A stretch of 32,820 bases of DNA from Promethearchaeota archaeon (GTDB lineage: Archaea > Asgardarchaeota > Lokiarchaeia > Sigyniarchaeales > SOKP01), in contig JBHLNT010000033.1 in NCBI GenBank assembly GCA_048941265.1, forward strand, positions 1-32,820, written 5' to 3'. The notes beneath the pieces are model-generated. The model ran no database searches, was not told the origin of the DNA, and was given only the letters and a program-made list of their open reading frames with translations. Shown piece after piece: positions 25,604 to 32,820 of the stretch (the stretch's first letter is position 1; each line of letters starts with the position of its first letter). The position numbers and the translations under genes were made by a program.

Positions 25604-27469
25604 CTATACTTTTCGATATCCGTCTTCCCACTTTTTTTTCAGCCATAAAGCGCTCTCTTTTGTATCATACACAATGGATCGTTCAGAAATGCCGCCTAAG
25701 TACTCTTTTTCAATGTTAATATGGTGGGAAAAAAGTTCTTTTTTAATTGCATCAATATTATCTTGAAAATCTCCTCCTTGTTCATAAATATTGTTAGCTC
25801 CTCCAACTATAATCGCTTCAAGATTATCTTTATTAGCGCCATTATATAAAATTGTATCCAGCAGTAAAGATACAGAAGTATCTATATATCTATGAGGGAA
25901 TAATGTAGTATCATTTTTTACAACCGGCGATTTTGGAAGTATCATATGGGACATCGCATAAACCTTATGAACTTTATCTTGAAGAATTAATGCTATTCCA
26001 GAACCCAGCCCATAAATTGAGAATTTTGAAGATTTATTCCCATCATCATGAGAATTAATTAGGGCATAATGACCAACCGGTAAATTTAATTCCCCTTTAA
26101 TATTTGGATGGATTATTCTATCAGGATCTTCCATAATAGATAAATCGACTGGTTCTGATTTTGGCGCTAAAGATTTATTTTTTAATCTTTGTTGCTTAGT
26201 AGGTGTTTTTAGATGGCTTTTTGTTTTCTTTATATCTTTTTCTTTTACCTCAATTTGCTCTAACAGATCTTCAATCTGTTTTTCTCTTAACCCTACTAAG
26301 ACTTCTCTTTGCCCTAACTGTGCTTCTTTTTGTTTAATTTTTGATTCTCTCTCATTTAATTGTTTCTCTCGTAACTCAATTTGATTTAATCGTCTGATAA
26401 TTTGAAGTTCACGTTGGTCTAATATCTTTTTACGGGAATCTATTTGGGTTTCTGTTTCGACTTTAATGTTTTTAATTGGTTCTGTTTGTTTAATCTTCAT
26501 CCTTCTTTCTTGTGAAGGTGGAGACGCACTTTTCCTCGAATTTTCTCGTTTGATTACCTTTTTCTCTACTTTATGTTTAATTTCCTTTTTATTAATCTGT
26601 ATTTTGGTGGGTTTTTGGGATTTTTGACTAATTTTAATCTTTTGATTTAACTTGTTTTTCACATAAAAATGGTTATTAGTATCAATTGATTTGAAGTTAC
26701 TCTGTACATTAACTAACATCTCTGTCTTTCCTAAAATTAGGAGTCCCCCCTGCACTAAATGATTTTCTAAAGTTCTTAATAGTTTTTCTTTCGATTCGCC
26801 ATTTATGTAAATTAGAAGGTTTCTACAAAATATTACATCATATTTTGTATTAGTCTTATGCCCTCTGATAATATCCTCTTCAAAAAATTCAACCTTATTT
26901 TTTATTTCATTACTAATTTTAAATTTAGGGCCTAGTTGAGTATCTAGTTTAGTAAAATGAGTCTCCAAATAATTTTTAGGAACCTCATGAATAGAATATT
27001 CACCATACACCCCGGCTCTAGCAATTTTTAAAGCTGTTTTATCAATATCAGATGCCACAATCTCGTAATCAGGAAAATTTATAATTTTAGATTTCAATTT
27101 ATTAAATAATATAGCAATCGAATAGGGTTCCTCTCCAGAAGCACAAGGAGCAGACCATATGCGGATTGGTCTTTTGAGATCTGACACATATTGTCTTATA
27201 AATTCTTCAAATCTTTCAAAAACTTCGTAATTTCTAAAAAAATATGTATAGTTTATAGTGAATTTATCAAGAAAATGGTTGATCTCATTTGGATTAGATG
27301 CGAGATAATTAATATATTCTTGATACGAATTTATATCTAAATTTTTAACTCTAAAATGAATTCTTCTTTCGAGGAATTTCCTTTGATAGTATTCAAACTT
27401 AATTCCCGTTGCATCTTTTAATTTATCTATTAATAAATCAATCGAATTAGATTCTATCGCAATTGTTAT
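25604..27469 (-). CDS. CheR methyltransferase - coiled coil - CheD-like fusion protein (about 620 aa); N-terminus extends beyond the ORF-track start, probable ATA/ATT start
   Basis: The upstream in-frame extension gives the CheR N-domain (DATGIKFEYYQRKFLERRI...FTINYTYFFRN). CheR motifs IWSAPCASGEEPYS, ASDID and DVIFCRNLLIY; CheD motifs GLGS, HMILP, IVGGA and GGISERSI. Confidence 0.88.
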   Translation of the reverse strand: MTIAIESNSIDLLIDKLKDATGIKFEYYQRKFLERRIHFRVKNLDINSYQEYINYLASNPNEINHFLDKFTINYTYFFRNYEVFERFEEFIRQYVSDLKRPIRIWSAPCASGEEPYSIAILFNKLKSKIINFPDYEIVASDIDKTALKIARAGVYGEYSIHEVPKNYLETHFTKLDTQLGPKFKISNEIKNKVEFFEEDIIRGHKTNTKYDVIFCRNLLIYINGESKEKLLRTLENHLVQGGLLILGKTEMLVNVQSNFKSIDTNNHFYVKNKLNQKIKISQKSQKPTKIQINKKEIKHKVEKKVIKRENSRKSASPPSQERRMKIKQTEPIKNIKVETETQIDSRKKILDQRELQIIRRLNQIELREKQLNERESKIKQKEAQLGQREVLVGLREKQIEDLLEQIEVKEKDIKKTKSHLKTPTKQQRLKNKSLAPKSEPVDLSIMEDPDRIIHPNIKGELNLPVGHYALINSHDDGNKSSKFSIYGLGSGIALILQDKVHKVYAMSHMILPKSPVVKNDTTLFPHRYIDTSVSLLLDTILYNGANKDNLEAIIVGGANNIYEQGGDFQDNIDAIKKELFSHHINIEKEYLGGISERSIVYDTKESALWLKKKWEDGYRKV

Positions 27470-27609
27470 TACTTATTGCACCTTAACCCTTAATTTCCTT
27501 GAATATTTAAAATTATATAATAATTCTTTAATACTACTACAAAATTTTGTAATTTAAACTTATTTTTTTCTTATGATATTTCTATCCAATATAACGTAGA
27601 AAATATTCA

Positions 27610-28311
27610 TTAAGATAATGATATAAATCCAAATTTAATTAAATTCTTGCTTATCGCATAAACTCTCTCTTCATCCATTTTTAACTCTTCTGCGATTTGT
27701 GATATCGATTTTTTACCATTTATTTTATTAAATACTATGCAAGAGGTTTCACCAGTTAAATAATGCTCTGGATTTATGTTTTTAGAAGTTTTAAATTGAG
27801 GGACATAATTAAAATAATCTGGAACGTTTTCCAGATTTTTAGAATTTGAGAGTTCTTTAGGAGGATTATAAATTTGTATTTCCTCACCCGCGTCCTCATC
27901 ATTTTCTAAAAAATTATCGATAACATCCTCAAAGGTTTCAAACATCTCCCTTCTCCCCGCCCATTTTTTTATTTGGTCGATTCCAAATCTATTTACAAAG
28001 CCCTTTGAGACATTCTTTAAGAAACTCCTAACATCTCCACTATTGGAAGTATTATCGAATGTAGCCAAATACACTAAATTTTGAACATTTGTATCATTCA
28101 AGAATGATAATTTTAAGTTATTTTTAGATAATTTTAGTTCTTTGATTGAACCTAACTCTTCAAATTGGTCTGAAAAAGAATTTAACGCAGAAAAGAAGCC
28201 TGATAACATAATAAGGTCATTATCTTTAGTAAAAATTCCCTTTTGAGAATTTGAGAGATTCTTAGCAAGTAATGGAACACCATCCTTTATGATAACTAAA
28301 TCCTTTATCAT
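27610..28311 (-). CDS. Longin-like domain plus C-terminal winged helix (Asgard-type)
   Basis: LVIIKDGVPL and MLSGFFSALNSFS...IKELKL fit a longin-like pattern; INGKKSISQIAEEL...NLIKFGFI is a wHTH. Confidence 0.65.
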   Translation of the reverse strand: MIKDLVIIKDGVPLLAKNLSNSQKGIFTKDNDLIMLSGFFSALNSFSDQFEELGSIKELKLSKNNLKLSFLNDTNVQNLVYLATFDNTSNSGDVRSFLKNVSKGFVNRFGIDQIKKWAGRREMFETFEDVIDNFLENDEDAGEEIQIYNPPKELSNSKNLENVPDYFNYVPQFKTSKNINPEHYLTGETSCIVFNKINGKKSISQIAEELKMDEERVYAISKNLIKFGFISLS

Positions 28312-28442
28312 AGTTTTAAAATATATTTAAATTTAAATCTTAGAAACCCAAAGAAAAAACAATATCTATAGAATCATAATTACTTATGATATTAAGAAAA
28401 AAAAAAGCTATAATATGTAAATATTATAAGATCTAGAGTACG

Positions 28443-29546
28443 ATGATAAAAATTAGATCTCCAGGACGCATTTGTCTTTTCGGAGAGCATCAGGATTATC
28501 TAAATTACCCAATTATCGCCATGGCTATCTCGAAATACATTTATCTTGAAGCTAAAAAAATAAAAGATCCGTATTTTAAGATATATTTGCCCGATATTGA
28601 TGAAATTATAGAAATTCCACTAATTAATAAAGAATTAGAATATAAATCGAATAGAGATTATATAAGAAGTGGCTACAACCAATTATTAAGAAAAGGAATT
28701 GTTTTCAATAAAGGGTATAAAATTAAAATAACAGGGGACATTCCAATAGGCGCAGGAGTTTCTAGTTCTTCCGCGTTAGTTATGGGTTGGCTTTCATTTT
28801 TAAATTTAATATCAAAAAATTCATTAAATAAGGATCAATTAGCTCTTGAAGGATATAATACAGAAGTTAAAGAATTTAATGAAGCTGGTGGAAAGATGGA
28901 CTTCTTTACCGCAATTTATGGAAATCTTATATATCTACATCTGCAAAATAAGCAGAATGTTTTAAAAGTTGACATTAAATTAGATGGGTTTGTTTTAGGC
29001 AATTCTTTGGAAAAAAAAGACACTGTTCAAGATTTAATGAGAGTTAAAAATACTGCGCTTGAAGGTTTTAAAGTCCTTAAGGAAATATATCCAAACTTTG
29101 ATAGGTATAAGACTCCGCTTAATGAAATTACACCTTATTTACCCAACTTAGATAAATATTCTCAACAAGTAATAATAGGAAATATAAAAAATCGGGATAT
29201 TACTTTACAAGCTAAAAAACTGCTTGTAGATAATAAGAATCTTTTACAAGGACAAACAAAAGAATCCAAAAAATGGAATTTATTTTATAAACAGTTAGGA
29301 AATCTATTAAATAAACACCACACCCAATTAGATAAAAATGTTGGAATCTCAACAAAAAAAATTAATACTATGATTAAAAATTGTCTAGATGCAGGGGCTT
29401 TTGGTGCTAAAATAAATGGTTCTGGTTTTGGGGGAACAATGTTTGCACTATTCCCTGAAAATGAGAAATCCATAAAAGAGGCAATAGAACAAGCAGGCGG
29501 AGAAGCATATCTAATAAAAACAAGCAACGGAGTTGAGATCTATTGA
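28443..29546 (+). CDS. GHMP-family sugar kinase (galactokinase-like)
   Basis: SPGRICLFGEHQDY, IPIGAGVSSSSA, GGKMD and GAKINGSGFGG. Confidence 0.92.
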   Translation: MIKIRSPGRICLFGEHQDYLNYPIIAMAISKYIYLEAKKIKDPYFKIYLPDIDEIIEIPLINKELEYKSNRDYIRSGYNQLLRKGIVFNKGYKIKITGDIPIGAGVSSSSALVMGWLSFLNLISKNSLNKDQLALEGYNTEVKEFNEAGGKMDFFTAIYGNLIYLHLQNKQNVLKVDIKLDGFVLGNSLEKKDTVQDLMRVKNTALEGFKVLKEIYPNFDRYKTPLNEITPYLPNLDKYSQQVIIGNIKNRDITLQAKKLLVDNKNLLQGQTKESKKWNLFYKQLGNLLNKHHTQLDKNVGISTKKINTMIKNCLDAGAFGAKINGSGFGGTMFALFPENEKSIKEAIEQAGGEAYLIKTSNGVEIY

Positions 29547-30286
29547 AAGCCATAATTTTATGTGCGGGTTATGGAAAACGATTGAAACCTTATACAGAGA
29601 CCTACCAGAAAACTATGATTCCCATCCATGGCAAACCTTTATTGGAATATATTATAAATGGAGTTAATTCAGCGGGATTTAAAGATATTATTATTGTTGT
29701 AGGATATCGTAAAGAACAAATTATAGATTACTTTAAAAATGGCGAGAAAATGGGAGTAACTATTGAGTATATTGAACAAAAAATAATGAATGGTACTGGT
29801 GGAGCGTTAATATTGTGTGAGAGTTTAATAAAAGAATCTCATTTTTTTTTAACCTGGGGGGATATTTTAGTACCAGATAGGATATACAAAGAAGTCTGTA
29901 ATACATTTAAAAATGAACGTCAAGATTTCATTCTCGTAACTAATTATACTGATAATCCCTATAAAGGCGCCAATATCACGTGTAACGGAAATTATTGTAT
30001 AGATATTGTTGAAAAACCTCCTAGAGGTGCCCCTTATACAAACCTTAATAATAGTGGCATTTTTATATTCTCGAGGGAAATTTTTGAAGTGCTTAACACT
30101 CTTCAACCCTCTAAAAGAGGTGAAATCGAAATACCTGATGCATTAAGTACTGGATTAAATGAAAGAAATTGGCAAGTGCGTATATTAAAAATGGATCAAA
30201 GAGACTTTAGAGGCGATTTTGGAGATATTAGAGAATATGAGAGGCTAAAGGAAGATAAAAAATGGCTTAAAGATTTAAAATCTTAA
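29543..30286 (+). CDS. Sugar-1-phosphate nucleotidyltransferase (RmlA/GlmU N-domain-like)
   Basis: ILCAGYGKRLKPYT, EQ...GTGGA, WGD, IVEKP and SKRGEIEI; overlaps the kinase stop by 4 bp (TTGA). Confidence 0.9.
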   Translation: MKAIILCAGYGKRLKPYTETYQKTMIPIHGKPLLEYIINGVNSAGFKDIIIVVGYRKEQIIDYFKNGEKMGVTIEYIEQKIMNGTGGALILCESLIKESHFFLTWGDILVPDRIYKEVCNTFKNERQDFILVTNYTDNPYKGANITCNGNYCIDIVEKPPRGAPYTNLNNSGIFIFSREIFEVLNTLQPSKRGEIEIPDALSTGLNERNWQVRILKMDQRDFRGDFGDIREYERLKEDKKWLKDLKS

Positions 30287-30464
30287 GATGGGTACTTACT
30301 ATTAAAATTTTTAATTTTTATAAATTGATATGAAAAAACTTCTGTCATAAAAAGAATTTGATCTATATTTTTCTATAATTCATAAAACCAACTTATATAA
30401 TTCTGTTGAATTTCCTATTTCTTGCTAAACTAAATTTCATTAATTTATGAATGAGTGATAAAAT

Positions 30465-31340
30465 ATGAATGACATTCGAAAAGTACGGTTAACTTTAAAA
30501 AGTAGGCCAACCCTCGAAGGTGCTGGAGTACACTTGAAAAGAGCATTCGGTTATGAAGACCCTTGGCTAGACCCTTTTTTGCTTTTAGATGATTTTCACT
30601 CCGACAACCCAGATCATTATATGGCAGGATTTCCTTGGCATCCACATCGTGGCATCGAGACAATAACCTATATGCTCCATGGAAAAGTTGAACATGGAGA
30701 CAGCATGGGTAATGGTGGGGTGATTGAATCAGGAGATGTTCAGTGGATGACTGCCGGAAACGGAATTATACACCAAGAGCTCCCGAGGCACAATATGGAC
30801 GATACTTTGCTGTGGGGTTTTCAGTTATGGGCAAATCTTCCATCCTCTCATAAGATGATGGATCCTCGCTATAGGGGTATAAAAAAAGATGAAATCCCTG
30901 AGGTTGAATTGAACGGAGGAGATGTAAAAGTCAAAATCATCTCTGGGGAAGTTCAGGGAACAAAAGGCCCTGTTCAAGACATAATTACTGAACCAGAGTA
31001 TTTAGATGTTACAATAAAACCAAATTCGAAATTTCGGCATTCCATACCAAGAGGCCATAATGCATTTGCTTATGTAGTTGAGGGGAAAGGTTATTTTGAT
31101 GATGAAAAAAAGCAGATTATATCAAATGAAAATTTGGTAATTTATCGAGAAGGAGATGAAATCCTTATTAGCACTACTGAAGAAGGAGTGCGATTTCTAT
31201 TAGTTTCGGGCAAACCGATACGAGAGCCAGTGGCGTGGCGTGGTCCAATAGTTATGAATACTGAAGAGGAGTTAAGAATTGCTTTTGAAGAATATCGAAA
31301 TGGAACATTTCTTAAACACGGTAAAGAAGTATATACCTAA
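30465..31340 (+). CDS. Pirin family protein
   Basis: DPFLLLD, GFPWHPHRGIET, WMTAGNGIIHQE, QLWANLP and GPIVMNT. Confidence 0.96.
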   Translation: MNDIRKVRLTLKSRPTLEGAGVHLKRAFGYEDPWLDPFLLLDDFHSDNPDHYMAGFPWHPHRGIETITYMLHGKVEHGDSMGNGGVIESGDVQWMTAGNGIIHQELPRHNMDDTLLWGFQLWANLPSSHKMMDPRYRGIKKDEIPEVELNGGDVKVKIISGEVQGTKGPVQDIITEPEYLDVTIKPNSKFRHSIPRGHNAFAYVVEGKGYFDDEKKQIISNENLVIYREGDEILISTTEEGVRFLLVSGKPIREPVAWRGPIVMNTEEELRIAFEEYRNGTFLKHGKEVYT

Positions 31341-31908
31341 CTTCTAAGCTCTTAAAATCATTTCAGTAATTTTTTTTTAGTGCTTCAAAATTACATCTGG
31401 TTTTAAAATTTTTGCTTATCTCAATTCAAGTACTTTCAGAGTTGCTTCATGAGAAGATGGATACCAAACTACACAAGCACCATCAATACTCATAAAAATT
31501 AAAAATCTTCTATTTAAGAGAGGCAATCTTTAAAAAATAGGTCTATTAATTTAATTTGACTATTTATTAAACAAAATATTTTATTTTCCCTTAATAATAA
31601 CTTTTTATTAATAATACTCTCTCAAAATTGTTAAGTTATTCAAATTCTGAATCCGATTTCTCCAATATTCCTCTAAATATATAAACTCTTTTCCAAAATA
31701 TTAATAATTAAATAACTTATTCATCAATTAATAAAAAGTGACTCAGAAAATATATATTATCAAAATAATTTAATTTAAATAAGTTCTCATGATTACGCTA
31801 ATGGCATATTATCCTAATTTTTTATTTCTATCAAACTGCTAGATTAAATTAAGATTATGAAGAACTAATCATTCAAATATTTTATAGATGCATTTAAATA
31901 AGAAATAG

Positions 31909-32097
31909 ATGAAAAATTTAAATGGAGAAAAAATGACCGAAAATAATTTAGATGCTTATTGTGAGCTATTTGAATTCAGAAATCAAGTTGAAAAAATCGT
32001 GATAACTTTTCACGAATTAAAAAGATTGCATGAAAATACTGTTATATCTTCACATAATATGGAGGTACTTAATCAAACCATAAAATTTGAAGAATAA
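31909..32097 (+). CDS. Possible small hypothetical protein (62 aa, or 53 aa from the second ATG)
   Basis: ATG ORF upstream of and co-oriented with the secreted-protein gene; no motif. Confidence 0.35.
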   Translation: MKNLNGEKMTENNLDAYCELFEFRNQVEKIVITFHELKRLHENTVISSHNMEVLNQTIKFEE

Positions 32098-32158
32098 AAC
32101 ATCATAATTGGTTTGTTAAAAGAAAAATAAAATTATAATTTGGAAAAAAACCCTAAAC

Positions 32159-32820
32159 GTGATTTTAATTAAAAAAAAGCTGATAATATTTTCCATATTA
32201 ATTGTCTCATTACTTGTTTTTATAAATCCTTCTTTAGATCGTTATAAGATCAATAATAAATCTGTATCTGAACTAAAGTATATTACTAAAGGTTTAGAAA
32301 TTTCTTCTGAAAATGGAGGGGGATATGAAATGGATTCAGACGCCCTTTTTTCTTGGATTGAAATTAATCAAACTGGTACTCGATTAAATGATATATCTAA
32401 TGGAGATGATGAATCCGAGCCCATTTCATTTTCTTCATGGAGTTTTCCTTTTTACGAGAAAGATTATAGTACAATATATGTTAGTTCAAATGGCTGGATG
32501 ACTTTCTCTGATTTATCAGATGCTGAAAAACTCTGTGATCCCATTCCTAGTTTGGAGCAACAAAATATTGATTGTGTTTCCCTATTAAGTGTTGATTTGG
32601 ATCCGAGTTTAAATGGGGATGTCTTTTACAATTTCTCTGGAACTATTCCTAATAGATATCTAATAATAGAATTTTATAATGTGAGTCATAAAAATAGTAA
32701 TTTAGTTGGGTCCTTTGAAGTTATTTTCTATGAAAATGGAACAATTATATTTCAATATAAGGAATTGCGTTATTTAGATAATTATATTATAGGTCTAGAC
32801 CATGGAGATGGTGTAAATTA
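32159..32820 (+). CDS. Secreted/surface protein with NIDO-like extracellular domain, 5' part only (runs off the window; not in the ORF track)
   Basis: Manual translation: (M)ILIKKKLIIFSILIVSLLVFINP signal/anchor, then FSWIEI, DDE and FPFYEKDYSTIYVSSNGWMTF, followed by DLDP and FEVIFYENGTIIFQY. Confidence 0.8.
   Translation, partial: MILIKKKLIIFSILIVSLLVFINPSLDRYKINNKSVSELKYITKGLEISSENGGGYEMDSDALFSWIEINQTGTRLNDISNGDDESEPISFSSWSFPFYEKDYSTIYVSSNGWMTFSDLSDAEKLCDPIPSLEQQNIDCVSLLSVDLDPSLNGDVFYNFSGTIPNRYLIIEFYNVSHKNSNLVGSFEVIFYENGTIIFQYKELRYLDNYIIGLDHGDGVN

Noticed and set aside
27473-27481. In-frame GTG-CAA-TAA just upstream of cheR-cheD, suggesting a nonsense-mutated start (pseudogene) or readthrough
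   Set aside because: The GTG is part of the AAGGTG SD-like motif and the remaining ~620 codons are intact, so an ATA/ATT start is more parsimonious. A read check is still advisable.
1491-30663. Short antisense or alternate-frame ORFs in the track (e.g. 1491-1694, 4050-4238, 4694-4876, 7136-7318, 9388-9591, 10994-11200, 11843-12082, 15409-15648, 16055-17303 minus, 18801-20573 plus, 22339-22912, 24566-24958, 29285-30106 minus, 30445-30663)
   Set aside because: They overlap well-supported genes and have no motifs, so they are treated as shadow ORFs.
31341-31908. Second long intergenic region as a possible ncRNA or origin
   Set aside because: I found no nested helices, repeats or ORB-like boxes by eye, only tiny ORFs.

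Overview
Very AT-rich archaeal chromosomal window, most likely from an Asgard archaeon of the Lokiarchaeia type. This is inferred from SepRS, archaeal-type ThrRS, RibK/RibL, an Alba protein, a Rab-like small GTPase and longin- and ESCRT-like proteins. Most of it is housekeeping: aspS 3' end, map, prs, thrS, translin-sepS-ribL-ribK, a CDP-alcohol phosphatidyltransferase, an MfnD-like ATP-grasp ligase, a GHMP kinase with nucleotidyltransferase, and pirin. I saw no tRNA, rRNA, CRISPR array or transposase. The points most worth following up are: (1) an ORF-free ~590 nt segment (2409-3000) that folds by eye into a closed multi-domain RNA with many G-U pairs on the + strand and a faint RNase P/MRP-like topology, 1.5 kb from an operon of a divergent Alba and an unannotated zinc-ribbon microprotein; (2) a 411 aa 'hypothetical' that appears to fuse a BRO1-like domain to a Vps23/TSG101 steadiness-box-like tail; (3) three genes whose conserved N-terminal domains lack any in-frame ATG/GTG/TTG and appear to start at ATT/ATC/ATA; (4) an orphan CheR-coiled coil-CheD fusion that has lost the CheD catalytic Cys; (5) an NPRL2-like longin-wHTH protein. 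All family assignments are by-eye motif recognition from memory, not database searches.
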